Shown here: piece by piece, positions 44,377-54,190 of the stretch | Layout of the letters: every line of letters begins with the position of its first letter | How positions within the stretch are numbered: the first letter of the stretch is position 1 | Source: Candidatus Latescibacterota bacterium | GTDB taxonomy: Bacteria > Latescibacterota > UBA2968 > GCA-2709665 | Direction: 5' to 3' | Assembly (NCBI GenBank): GCA_965205485.1 | Contig: OZ242180.1 | Location: forward strand, 736,001 to 800,000 | DNA: 64,000 nucleotides | The notes under the pieces: generated by a model | Database searches by the model: none | What the model was told of the DNA's origin: nothing | What the model saw: only the letters and a program-made list of their open reading frames with translations | Made by a program: the position numbers and the translations under genes

Positions 44377-44814
44377 TCACAACATTCCTTTTCTGATCAA
44401 TTCTCTTGCGCCCGGACCGCTCTGGACCCTGTAATGCGTTTCCTTTCTGTCCGAAAAGAAGTCCTCGATACGTTCCACCTGTTTCGGTACTGTGTTGTTG
44501 GGGATACGATCCAATGGAAAGTACTCGATCCGGTCCGCCTCGTCCGTGAGTCGGGCCGCGCCTCCGGTCACCCGGCAGAAGAACGAAAAAACAATCTCGT
44601 TGCTTTCCGGTTTGCTGTAAACGCCGCTGAGATGGACGGGCGCCGCTTCCAGGCCCGTTTCTTCTTTGATCTCCCGCACAAGGGCATCCCACGGGCTCTC
44701 TCCAGTCTCGACGCCGCCGCCGGGCAGGTTCCACAGGTCGAAATCGCGCCGGTGGCAGAGAAGAACGCGATCTTTATCATCGGTTATGATGCCGAAAACG
44801 CCCACCCTGAACAC
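44377..44814 (-). CDS. NUDIX hydrolase
   Basis: Nudix box PGGGVETGESPWDALVREIKEETG. Confidence 0.92.
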   Translation of the reverse strand: MFRVGVFGIITDDKDRVLLCHRRDFDLWNLPGGGVETGESPWDALVREIKEETGLEAAPVHLSGVYSKPESNEIVFSFFCRVTGGAARLTDEADRIEYFPLDRIPNNTVPKQVERIEDFFSDRKETHYRVQSGPGARELIRKGML

Positions 44815-44816
44815 GA

Positions 44817-45380
44817 TCAGGTTCCTTCGATGAAAAATCGCAAATATCCTAATTCGGCGTCGGATATTCCGAGACTGTCAAGTTCACCGACCGGGACAAA
44901 TGCCGCCGACTCCTCATAGTCGTCATCGCGTATTGAATCCGGCACATGCTCGGAAGCGCGGGCAGCGTAGACGAACTGAAAAAAGTGAGGGTGGGGAAAC
45001 CGGTATCCCGTCGGTTTCGGCCCGAGATGTTCCAGATGGATGAATCCCAGTCGCGAGACCGTTTCAATCGTCCAGCCCGTCTCCTCCGCGACTTCTCGAC
45101 GAAGCGTCTGCTGGAAACTTTCCCCAGCTTCGCATCGGCCTCCCGGCAAAATGTGACAGCCCTCTCGATTGTGGACAACGAGAACGGAATCGCCCGTCAG
45201 GACGAGACATCGAACAGACGTCACCAAATGTTGCGGCGGGTTTTCATGGGAAAGGTAATAGCGCACGCGCAGAGGGAGAGCGCCCTCGGCCCACCGGGTT
45301 TCCGTTTCGCAAAAAGGTGTCTCACCGTCAAGAACTGCGCGTATTTCGTTGTCAGGATTCAATCGACGACCCATCGGCAT
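44817..45380 (-). CDS. NUDIX hydrolase
   Basis: Nudix box PGGRCEAGESFQQTLRREVAEETG. Confidence 0.9.
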   Translation of the reverse strand: MPMGRRLNPDNEIRAVLDGETPFCETETRWAEGALPLRVRYYLSHENPPQHLVTSVRCLVLTGDSVLVVHNREGCHILPGGRCEAGESFQQTLRREVAEETGWTIETVSRLGFIHLEHLGPKPTGYRFPHPHFFQFVYAARASEHVPDSIRDDDYEESAAFVPVGELDSLGISDAELGYLRFFIEGT

Positions 45381-45460
45381 ATTGAATCAGGGTGACAGGA
45401 ATGGCAACTGTCCGCCCGGTCTACGGACCCATATCCCAATGCTCCAACCCGAGGAATTCG

Positions 45461-45979
45461 TCAGACAAAGTCCAGATACATGCGACTGGACTGAATGCCT
45501 CTGTTATTCTGATATTTCGCGCTCTTGTAGGTTTCGAAATCGCCGTCCAGGGTATGATAGTAGATCTGGCAGATTTCCACGTTCGGATAGATCCGTACGG
45601 GCTGAATGCAGAACATCTCCAGCGTCCAGTACCCGGCGAAACCCACGTCGCCGAAACCCGCGGTAACGTGCACGAACAGCCCAAGTCGACCCACCGACGA
45701 GCGCCCCTCGAGCATGGGGACGAGATTATCCGTTCTGGTGAATTCCGCCGTTCGTCCGAGATAGAGCTTCCGGGGTTGCAACTCGTAACCGTCGTTGGGA
45801 ATCCGAATGGACCGCGTGGGATTTTCCTTTTTCATATCCAGAAGCCCGTCCTCGTACACGACGAGTTCATCGGCCAGAGAGAGATTGTAGCTGTTCGGAT
45901 TGAGCCTGGCCGGATCGAACGGCTCTATGGCGATGTCTTTTCCAATTCGCTCGTGGATCATTTTACCCGATAGGATCAT
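45461..45979 (-). CDS. dcd: dCTP deaminase (trimeric dUTPase fold)
   Basis: LNPNSYNL; EGRSSVGRLGLFVHVTAGFGDVGFAGYWTLE; ICQI; KYQNN. Confidence 0.93.
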   Translation of the reverse strand: MILSGKMIHERIGKDIAIEPFDPARLNPNSYNLSLADELVVYEDGLLDMKKENPTRSIRIPNDGYELQPRKLYLGRTAEFTRTDNLVPMLEGRSSVGRLGLFVHVTAGFGDVGFAGYWTLEMFCIQPVRIYPNVEICQIYYHTLDGDFETYKSAKYQNNRGIQSSRMYLDFV

Positions 45980-46541
45980 TTATCAGTTCCTTGCTGTGTC
46001 TGAGAATGCGATATGCGTCAGACGTATCCGAAGGGATGGGGCATTTCAACCAAATCGAATGTATCTGTATATGCCATTTTCACTAACCTCGACAAGAGCA
46101 ATCTGGAGTTCTTACTCTTTACGGCCACCGCTGTCCGAGAGAGAAACCGATTTGAGACCGGTGTGGTTGGCGTTCCCAGGAGCGAGGGCAGGATGCCCTC
46201 GCTACGGTACTACTTTTCAAGGTTACCCGGAAAAGACAATCCTGGAGAGGTATGGTTTTCGTCACGTGTTAATTTACGGACGTGAGCTACCGTGTTCAAT
46301 AGTGTTGTTCCGCCAGGCGGTCCGACAACACGCGCGTAAGTCAATTCAATTCTTTTTGTTGGTCTGTACCTTGCAGAAAGCGGCGGAATTCATTATGTAT
46401 AAGGTGGAACGACGGCGAGGCGTCCAAACCCCATTGTAACGGTCAAGAAACATAACGTTCAACGAGCCAACGACAAGAAAACGGTTCCCGGCGGGACCCA
46501 TCGGGGACCCAACCGTCAACCCAAATATGGGAGATCATCGG

Positions 46542-47345
46542 ATGAACAGGCTTTTCTCCGTTCTTTCCCTCGCACTCCTTCTCTGTATCGGCCTGACCGC
46601 CTGCGGGGAAAGCGAAGTGGAGAGACAGCAACGTGTAATTGCGCAGAAGGAAGCCAGCATCGACTCGCTCGAAACCGAGATGGGAAGCGCGCAGGCCGAA
46701 CTCGTCACCCTGAAGACGCAACTGGATAGCCTCACCAAGTTCGAGATGCTCTTGCAGGAGAAAAACCAGCAACTTCAGAAGGAAGTGAAGAAATATCGTG
46801 CTATTGCCGCGCAGCGCAAACGCAAGAACGAGGAACTGCAGCAGGCAATCGCCCAGCTACAGGATGAGAAGAAGGCCGACGAAGCGAAAATCGACCGCCT
46901 GCTCACCGAGTCCGACAGCCTCAGCGCGGCGCTGCGCGTACAGAGAGACGTCACCGTGAAGTTGACGCAGGACCTGGCTGCGGCGAACGAGGATATTGAA
47001 AGAACTCAAAAGAAACTCGACGAGGCCAAGCACGCGGTACGCGTGGTGGTGGGCACGGAAGACCGTCTCAAGGCGGACGGATTCCTGGAAACGGGCCGGC
47101 GCTTCTTCCGCAAAGGATACAAGTTGGTGCAGAAACCCGGTCACGACGACCTGAAAGTCACGCTCTTCTCCATCGGCGAAGGCCCAACCCTGGATCGGGG
47201 GCAGAAACTGAAGGAGTTGATCGGCCGTACGGGCAAGCTGAAGAAAGACAAGGACTATACGGTCAGCCTGAGCGCGGACGGTACGCACATCACGCTGGTC
47301 AGCGAACTCCTTAAAGGCGAGGCCGTCCTGGTGGTCGTCGAATAA
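46542..47345 (+). CDS. Coiled-coil lipoprotein of unknown function
   Basis: Signal peptide with LTAC lipobox, long heptad-rich Q/E/K/L region, globular C-terminus. Confidence 0.8.
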   Translation: MNRLFSVLSLALLLCIGLTACGESEVERQQRVIAQKEASIDSLETEMGSAQAELVTLKTQLDSLTKFEMLLQEKNQQLQKEVKKYRAIAAQRKRKNEELQQAIAQLQDEKKADEAKIDRLLTESDSLSAALRVQRDVTVKLTQDLAAANEDIERTQKKLDEAKHAVRVVVGTEDRLKADGFLETGRRFFRKGYKLVQKPGHDDLKVTLFSIGEGPTLDRGQKLKELIGRTGKLKKDKDYTVSLSADGTHITLVSELLKGEAVLVVVE

Positions 47346-47358
47346 CGATCTGCTTCAT

Positions 47359-49083
47359 TCACACCCCCTGCGCCAGCCGGTTATCGCTTAAACAATTCAT
47401 CCATCGACTCGCCAGATACACCCGGGCAACCCTCAACGCATCAATCTGCGGGGGTTGCCCGTGCTTGTATGCAGGTTGCAGTTGTAATCGCTGTCCCGTT
47501 ATCGCCTCCAGCGCATCCCTTCGGGCGGCGAAATTCGCGATGCGTCCCATCCGCGCGTCCTCCTCGAGGCGTGAGGCAATCCTCTCCACGAAATCCGGAA
47601 ACGCCATCTTCCTGGCGAGATGAAGAGACTCGATTCGGACATCCAGGCTCAAATCGTCGAAGCAATCCGCAAGAGACTCCCGGCATTCAGACCAAAGATC
47701 CAAGCGGTGCATCAACAGGTACACGCCGGCCATGCGGACGACAGGCGAGCCATCGCGAAACGCGCCTGATATAAAGTCTGAATCCACCTGGGACGATTCG
47801 CCGCCCGCAAGCGCGCACAGGGACGCGGCGCGAATGGCGGCTTCAGGATGACTGGTGCGCTTGTATATTGCACGTACTGCACGTTGCGGGAGATCGACGC
47901 CGACAAGCGAGAGGATTGCATCCCTCACTCTGTCGTGACTGGCCATCTCCAGAATTGCCAGCCTGTCTTCCACTGACTCCCTACGCAAAGACGACCACGT
48001 CCTGAAAGGACTCTCGGCAGGTCCTGGTCCAGCCATTGGCGTGCCTCCGGCCACGGCGTCGCTGACCGAAACCAGGCCTGCGCGGAGATCCGTCCACTCC
48101 CTGTTCTTCAGCGCTGACGCAGCAAGGGCCGATTTCATTTCCCGCGCGGACCAGTTCGGATGCGCCTGCCAGACACAGGCCGCCGCCCCGAGGAGCGCCG
48201 GGCCCGAGAATGAAGTTCCGTTGGTTCGTGCGTAGCGGACCGGCAGGTCGTCCATCTTTCCAAAGTAGTGGGTCTCGATCTCTTCGGCGTTTCTGTGGGG
48301 AAGCACGACGTTCTGCGCCGGCGCCAGTATTTCCGGGACCCATTTCCCCTCGAACGTCGTTCCCCGGCACCCCGGATAGACCCTTGCGCGGTCAGGATCT
48401 CCATCCGGAGGAATCGCGACGCCTCCCACGGACATCACCGACGGCGCAGCGGCTTCCGCTATGGCGGTCGTCTCGTCCGGTCGATTCCCGGAACCGGACA
48501 CCACGAACAGGCCCTGGTCGACCAGCTCTTCACACAGCACCCGCCGCCGGTCGGTCTGCCACGGAAGAACGCCCGATCCAATCTGACTCTTCCGCGAGGA
48601 CAATACGCCGCGTATTTCGTATTTCCGCCAATTGGCGCGGACCCATTCCAGCGCTTTGATGTGCGCTCTTTCACCATCCCATCCCGGTTCCCGTGAGTAC
48701 ATCGCAACAAGAAACAGATCCGCTTCCGGCGCCAATCCCGTGTAGATGCCTCTTGATTCCGCGCCCGATCCCCCCGCGGCCGCCGCGGCGCAGAGCGCAT
48801 GCCACCCGCCCTTCCATGGTCCCGGCTCCGCCTCGAACACTTCGGGTTGCGCGTCAGGATCCGACATGCCCGGCACCAGATAGGTCGTTCGCCGCTCATC
48901 CGTGCTGATATCCGGATGGTGTGGGAATTCTCCGTCTATGACGGCAATGCGGATGTCCTTGCCGGTAAGTTCACGGGGGACCCGGAGAAACTGCCGCATC
49001 GAAGGCCACATATTTAGGGACTCAACAACGTGATACACAACATCAAGTGCCCGTTCCGGATTCCGATGACTCCGATTTGCCAT
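47359..49083 (-). CDS. S8 (subtilisin-like) serine peptidase with C-terminal HEAT-like repeats
   Basis: IAVIDG (Asp), WHALCAA (His), GSGN (oxyanion), NGTSFSGP (Ser); IRAASLCAL / VVRMAGV / DVRIESL repeats. Confidence 0.85.
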   Translation of the reverse strand: MANRSHRNPERALDVVYHVVESLNMWPSMRQFLRVPRELTGKDIRIAVIDGEFPHHPDISTDERRTTYLVPGMSDPDAQPEVFEAEPGPWKGGWHALCAAAAAGGSGAESRGIYTGLAPEADLFLVAMYSREPGWDGERAHIKALEWVRANWRKYEIRGVLSSRKSQIGSGVLPWQTDRRRVLCEELVDQGLFVVSGSGNRPDETTAIAEAAAPSVMSVGGVAIPPDGDPDRARVYPGCRGTTFEGKWVPEILAPAQNVVLPHRNAEEIETHYFGKMDDLPVRYARTNGTSFSGPALLGAAACVWQAHPNWSAREMKSALAASALKNREWTDLRAGLVSVSDAVAGGTPMAGPGPAESPFRTWSSLRRESVEDRLAILEMASHDRVRDAILSLVGVDLPQRAVRAIYKRTSHPEAAIRAASLCALAGGESSQVDSDFISGAFRDGSPVVRMAGVYLLMHRLDLWSECRESLADCFDDLSLDVRIESLHLARKMAFPDFVERIASRLEEDARMGRIANFAARRDALEAITGQRLQLQPAYKHGQPPQIDALRVARVYLASRWMNCLSDNRLAQGV

Positions 49084-49214
49084 AGTTACGTAAACCGGCT
49101 TCCTTTCTGATCCGGTTGACACCCGGCAAATTGATCACCCGGCCATCACAGTGCCCCGCCTGAGTTCCCGGAGCCCTTGCAGGATCTCGCGGCCCACGTC
49201 TCGTTTGAACTCAT

Positions 49215-50042
49215 TCATTTCTTTCTGTTCTCCTCGAGCCAGGCGACTGCGAAATCCACAACGTTGCGTTGCGGCATGAGCTGACAGTTCGCGATGCCGA
49301 CCTTTCCCCTGCGCACCCCCTTCCCCTCATCCGACTTCAGGAATTCCTCGCCGATACGATCGAAATCCGAACTGTCCGGTTCGACTTCCTCGAAGGTTAC
49401 CCATCGCCGTGATCCCGATGCATAGATTGGAGCGCCCTCCCGCACAACCCTTCGGGTCGGAAAGTTCGCCCGGTTTTCCGCCAGATGCATGGACGTATTG
49501 GATCCGTGGCTCGCGCCGAGAAGAAGGACAGAACCGTTCAGGTCGTAGATTCTCGCGAGCGGCGAACCCTCGCCCAGGCCGAAAGCCAGTGAATGATCGT
49601 CCACGATTCGGGATGCCTGAGGTCCGCACGCACAGAACGAGACCTGTGGGTGTGAACTGCGGAGAACACCTCTCTGCTTCCGGAAGGTCTCGGCGATTTC
49701 GCCCATAGCATGAGTGGGCGTCAGTTCAGGATCGTATGCCGGCATATGCTCGCGTATGACCGGCCACCAGGACCCGGGGACCGGAGGGTTTTCCCACTTG
49801 CCGGGTTCGGACAGTCCGGGCGAGTGGGCCGGCATCACAAGTGTTCCGGAAGATCCCAGAACCCCCTGAAGCGCGGCTATAACCGCGACGGCGCCACCGC
49901 ACACCCATCCCATCGCGCTCAAGGATGAATGTGCCAGGACAACCATGCCGGGTCTAATGCCAAGCGCGCGGAGATCCCTCTGTAAGGATTCAACCGTGGC
50001 GGGCGTTTTCGTCTTGTCTACGACGCTGTCTTCACCCATCAT
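49215..50042 (-). CDS. AAC(3) / YokD-family aminoglycoside N3-acetyltransferase-like protein
   Basis: VLAHSSLSAMGWVCGG; GTLVMPAH; MGEIAETFR; RSSHPQVSF; GEGSPL; NTSMHLAE. Confidence 0.92.
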   Translation of the reverse strand: MMGEDSVVDKTKTPATVESLQRDLRALGIRPGMVVLAHSSLSAMGWVCGGAVAVIAALQGVLGSSGTLVMPAHSPGLSEPGKWENPPVPGSWWPVIREHMPAYDPELTPTHAMGEIAETFRKQRGVLRSSHPQVSFCACGPQASRIVDDHSLAFGLGEGSPLARIYDLNGSVLLLGASHGSNTSMHLAENRANFPTRRVVREGAPIYASGSRRWVTFEEVEPDSSDFDRIGEEFLKSDEGKGVRRGKVGIANCQLMPQRNVVDFAVAWLEENRKK

Positions 50043-50406
50043 CCGGTTCCCGGGTTTCCTCCTGTTTTGCGGCGATGGCCACGATCTCAACAAGGGTATC
50101 TCCCTCCAGCCCGACCTCCACGCATGCGCGCTGGGGCCAGTGATCGGGCCCGATCCAGTCATCCCAGACCTCGTTGAGGATGGGCTTTCTGGACATGTCC
50201 GTAATGTAGACCGTGGCGGACAGCAGCCGTGTTCTGTCAGTTCCGGCCTCCCTCAGGTTTGCATCCAGCTGTTCGAGCGCCTGCCTCGTCTGGTCCCTGA
50301 AGTCCGCCGACAGGTCCGGCGCAATCACGGCTGTATAGACGAGGCCGTTATGCTCAACGGATTCGCTCCGGCCTTCCGCCTTTCCCGGGTATCTTGTGAT
50401 GGACAT
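50032..50406 (-). CDS. RidA family protein (YoaB-like)
   Basis: QTRQALEQLDANLREAGTD; NEVWDDWI...PQRACV; LVEIVAIA. Confidence 0.9.
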   Translation of the reverse strand: MSITRYPGKAEGRSESVEHNGLVYTAVIAPDLSADFRDQTRQALEQLDANLREAGTDRTRLLSATVYITDMSRKPILNEVWDDWIGPDHWPQRACVEVGLEGDTLVEIVAIAAKQEETREPDDG

Positions 50407-50587
50407 CGAGACTCCTTTGCTGTCGCGCGAAATGTGAAAAGAGTTGGTCTCCGTGAAGTAAAAATCCTATATTGCGAGGAAATCGAAGCGGACTCTTATC
50501 CGAAGCACGAGATGCCGCGTGGCATCATTCCTTCCAGTCCGGTGTCGCCGGACGTTTGACGTGAGGCGCTGGAGAGAGAATTGATTC

Positions 50588-51445
50588 ATGTCGCTATTGA
50601 CGTTTAAACTGCTCGCCGCTGTCGCAATACTGGCCGTTGCCGTGATCGGCGGGGTCATCCCCCTGCTGGCAGCACGTCACGATTATAGCCGGCGGTTCTT
50701 TTCATTGGGCAACGCCTTTGCAGGCGGTCTGTTCCTCGGGGTCGGATTCATTCACCTGCTGCCTGAAGGGATGGAGAAGCTGGAAGGGGTGGTGGAGTTC
50801 CCGCTGGCGGCTCTGCTGGCGGCATTGGGCCTGGGCGCCCTCTTGCTGATCGACCGCGTGATCTATGGCGATCATCATGCCGATCATTCGCCGGGTAGCG
50901 CGCAGTTGCAGCAATCCGTATACCCGTACGTCCTCCTGGCGCTCCTGTCGATCCACTCCATCATCGCCGGTATCACACTCGGACTCGAATCGAACGTGAT
51001 CGGCTCGTTCGTCATCCTGCTCGGGATTCTGTGCCACAAGGGGTCCGCGGCTTTTGCGCTCATGGTGTGCATCTACGAGGCGGGTATCCGGGCGGGAAAA
51101 CAGAAATCCATGCTTGCGATCTTCGCGATAATGACGCCATTGGGCGTGATCATCGGCCTGTTGATGGCGGCGGTCCTGGGCGAGCATGAAAACGTTGCGG
51201 CCCTGATCGAGGGGAGCTTCAACGCGATCGCCGCCGGGACCTTCATCTATGTGGCGGCCGTTGAAATCATCGACGCGGAGATGTCAACGCGGGAAATGCG
51301 CCTGGCGAAGTACGTATTGAGCGCGCTGGCCGGGGACGACGACGTGCCCATGCCCGTGAGAGATTCCGACAGGGTGGTAAAATTCGTACTCATCATAATT
51401 GGGATTTCCCTGATGGCGCTGCTGTCTGAATGGCACGTGCATTGA
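50588..51445 (+). CDS. ZIP family metal transporter
   Basis: FAGGLFLGVGFIHLLPE; His-rich loop; LSIHSIIAG; HKGSAAF; AGTFIYV. Confidence 0.92.
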   Translation: MSLLTFKLLAAVAILAVAVIGGVIPLLAARHDYSRRFFSLGNAFAGGLFLGVGFIHLLPEGMEKLEGVVEFPLAALLAALGLGALLLIDRVIYGDHHADHSPGSAQLQQSVYPYVLLALLSIHSIIAGITLGLESNVIGSFVILLGILCHKGSAAFALMVCIYEAGIRAGKQKSMLAIFAIMTPLGVIIGLLMAAVLGEHENVAALIEGSFNAIAAGTFIYVAAVEIIDAEMSTREMRLAKYVLSALAGDDDVPMPVRDSDRVVKFVLIIIGISLMALLSEWHVH

Positions 51446-51467
51446 GAGCAGACCGCCGGCGCGGCGT

Positions 51468-52202
51468 TTACTTTCTACAGATGATGAAGTGTTCCATCCA
51501 GAAGTGCCAGATTTGATCCACCGATCCGAAACCCGCCTCTTTCAGCCATTCAATCTGGGCAGCTAAGGGAGATATTCTGTCTCTCTCAGGGCTGTCCTCT
51601 TCAGTCTCGCCGACGATCCCGTCCACCCGATTGGCTTCCTCGAATTCTATCCCCGCACTTTCGAATCTCTCTTTCTGCCGCTTCCCGTGCCGCTTTCGAC
51701 CCAGTTGAAAAACGTCGTCGTCAAAGTGCGCGGACATCGCATCGATGAAGAAAAACCATCCAGCCGGATCCAGCACGTCGTGAATCTGCCTGAATACGCG
51801 GGCCTTGTTCTCGTCTGTCAGGTGATGTATTGTTGAAAACGAACTGACCAGTTGAAAGGACCCCAGACCCTCGGGCACGCCTTCGCTGAGATCATACTGC
51901 TGGAATTCCACCCTGTCGGAATGCGCGTTCAGCTTCCGGGCTGCAATCTCGATCATCCCGTCTGAAAGTTCGACAGCGATACAGGTTGCGTTCGCATATC
52001 TCTCCAGAATTCGCTCGATGAAGGCGCCCGTCCCACAACCGAGATCGAGCATTCGGAATTCAGTCCCGGTATCGAACGGAACGAAGTCCAGGGCCAGGCT
52101 GTGGTAGAATTCATACATCTCGATGCGAACCGGCTGAAGGCGGTCGTAATCCGCGGCGCGCGCCGAAAACTGCACACTTCGAGATTTCTGATTCACGGTC
52201 AT
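51468..52202 (-). CDS. Class I SAM-dependent methyltransferase (CmoA-like)
   Basis: MLDLGCGTG; SFSTIHHL; WLKEAGF. Confidence 0.88.
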   Translation of the reverse strand: MTVNQKSRSVQFSARAADYDRLQPVRIEMYEFYHSLALDFVPFDTGTEFRMLDLGCGTGAFIERILERYANATCIAVELSDGMIEIAARKLNAHSDRVEFQQYDLSEGVPEGLGSFQLVSSFSTIHHLTDENKARVFRQIHDVLDPAGWFFFIDAMSAHFDDDVFQLGRKRHGKRQKERFESAGIEFEEANRVDGIVGETEEDSPERDRISPLAAQIEWLKEAGFGSVDQIWHFWMEHFIICRK

Positions 52203-52235
52203 GACCTCGAGTCGCAATATCGGTGGGCGGTTCGA

Positions 52236-54170
52236 CTACACGTACTGCTCCAGCCACGACACCATCCTGTCCAGGTATTCCACGTGCAGCGCCGGGTGGC
52301 CGCTCCTCCTGAAGCCATGAGACGACTTTGGAAAGCGCACAAACTCCGCGGTCTTCCCCTGCCGCTTCAGCGCGACGAAGAACTGCTCGGCCTGCTCAAT
52401 CGGACATCGGTAGTCTTCCTCGCCGTGCATCAGCAACACCGGAGTACGCACCTCCGGCGCATAGGTCAGCGGCGACCGTCTCACCAGCGCTTCCACGTTC
52501 TCCAACACCGAACCACGCCACTGATTCTCGCCGAACGAAACCCCGACATCCGACGTTCCGTACATACTGTGCAAATTGATGCACGGCGCGCCGATCACCG
52601 CCGCCTTGAAACGGTGGTCGTGACCGACAATCCAGCTGCTCATAAAGCCGCCGTAGCTGTATCCGTGGACCCCCAGACGATCCGAATCCACGTAGGGCCG
52701 TTCGCAAAGCAGGTCGACGCCCGCCATCAGATCCAGGAAATCTTCCCCGCCCCAGTCCGCCAGCACCGCCTTCAGAAATCCCGGTCCGTATGACGAGGAT
52801 CCCCTTGGATTCACAGCGAGAACGATATACCCCGCGCCTGCCAGAATCTGATGGGTGACGTCGTAAGAGTCCGAAAATCGCCCGTGAGGCCCACCGTGGA
52901 TATCCAGCACCAGCGGATAGGACCTCGCCTCAGTGAAATCGCAGGGAAACAGCACCCGCGCCTCAATCGCCTCGCCTTTTCGCTTGAACACGAGCTTCTC
53001 CATGCGTCCAGCCGGATGGGCCTCCAAAAACCCGGCGTTCACGGCCGTTACCGCCCGCTGCCGCTTCGCAGCCACTTCCAGCACCGCCACGTCGCACGGA
53101 CAGTCCGGTGACGACATCACCACAGCCGCCTTCGCGGCGCCGCGGTCAACCGACAGGCCGGTGAACTCCCGCCCGCCGCCGTCCAGAACCTGCGTCCGCC
53201 CGGCGGACCCACTGCAATTCACCTCGCACAGGAACGACTCGCCATTCCTGTCACCGATGAACAATATCCCGCCGCCCGTCGTCCAGCACCGTGACGCAAG
53301 AGGTTGTACAACGGTATATTCATCACCCGCCACGCACACCGGCTTCCCGGTCTCATCCAGTACGTACAGCCACGACTGCCTCGAATCCCACACGTCCGGG
53401 TCGTGAGAGCCTGCAACTGCCAGGCGTTTGCCATCCGGTGACCAACCTACGGATTCCGCACGACTCAGTCCCGCCGACCAGCAACACGACGTCCGGGTGG
53501 CCAACTCCAATACATGCACCTCGAAACCCAGAACAAAGTCACGCGCCTCTATGCAGTCGGTCACGAACGCAATTCGGCTTCCATCCGGAGACCACACCGG
53601 CGCCCCGTGATTTCCCTCCCCGTCCGTTATCTGTTCCGCGGTGCCGGTCGCGGCATCCACCAGGAACAACTGCGTAAAGGCATCACCCCTCCAGCCGTCG
53701 CCGTCATCACGGTATCGCACGCGACGAGCGACCCGTGTCCTCGGCATCGTGTCTTCATCGTGATCGTCGGGAGCGCGATCCGGGTCCACCCGTGAGACAA
53801 CGACGAATTCCATTCCATCGGGCGACCACGCCAGGTCCTTCACCCCGTCCGGAAGCGTCGTCAACTGGCTCGCGCCGTTGCCACCGACCTGCGTCATCCA
53901 GACCTGCCTCCTGTCGTCCTCTCCTGAACGTAAAAAGGCCAGCGTCTTCCCGTCTGCCGATAGCCTTGGCGCCCCGTCCCGCGGACCCTCCGTCACATCG
54001 ACGGCTGTACCGCCCGCAAGCGATTGCATCACGATTCGGGACTCCCGCTTTATCGTCTTCCTGTTGATCTCCTGACGCACGAAAACAACGGCGGAACCGT
54101 CCCCCGCAATCTCCACGTCCGATACGTCAACAAGGTCGTAAGTGTGCTCAGGTTTAATTGGTGACGACAT
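52236..54170 (-). CDS. S9 family peptidase (acylaminoacyl / prolyl oligopeptidase)
   Basis: WSPDG propeller repeats; IHGGP; GYSYGG nucleophile; HGEEDYRC; SSHG. Confidence 0.95.
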   Translation of the reverse strand: MSSPIKPEHTYDLVDVSDVEIAGDGSAVVFVRQEINRKTIKRESRIVMQSLAGGTAVDVTEGPRDGAPRLSADGKTLAFLRSGEDDRRQVWMTQVGGNGASQLTTLPDGVKDLAWSPDGMEFVVVSRVDPDRAPDDHDEDTMPRTRVARRVRYRDDGDGWRGDAFTQLFLVDAATGTAEQITDGEGNHGAPVWSPDGSRIAFVTDCIEARDFVLGFEVHVLELATRTSCCWSAGLSRAESVGWSPDGKRLAVAGSHDPDVWDSRQSWLYVLDETGKPVCVAGDEYTVVQPLASRCWTTGGGILFIGDRNGESFLCEVNCSGSAGRTQVLDGGGREFTGLSVDRGAAKAAVVMSSPDCPCDVAVLEVAAKRQRAVTAVNAGFLEAHPAGRMEKLVFKRKGEAIEARVLFPCDFTEARSYPLVLDIHGGPHGRFSDSYDVTHQILAGAGYIVLAVNPRGSSSYGPGFLKAVLADWGGEDFLDLMAGVDLLCERPYVDSDRLGVHGYSYGGFMSSWIVGHDHRFKAAVIGAPCINLHSMYGTSDVGVSFGENQWRGSVLENVEALVRRSPLTYAPEVRTPVLLMHGEEDYRCPIEQAEQFFVALKRQGKTAEFVRFPKSSHGFRRSGHPALHVEYLDRMVSWLEQYV

Positions 54171-54190
54171 AAGCCTCCCGCAATATCGCG

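Noticed and set aside
45461..45979. dCTP deaminase as an anti-phage system
   Set aside because: It has the housekeeping dUTPase-fold Dcd motifs, not the kinase plus zinc-deaminase architecture of defensive enzymes.
35292..45979. Classical integron
   Set aside because: No tyrosine recombinase, no consistent RYYYAAC...GTTRRRY attC sites by eye, and several genes overlap or abut.
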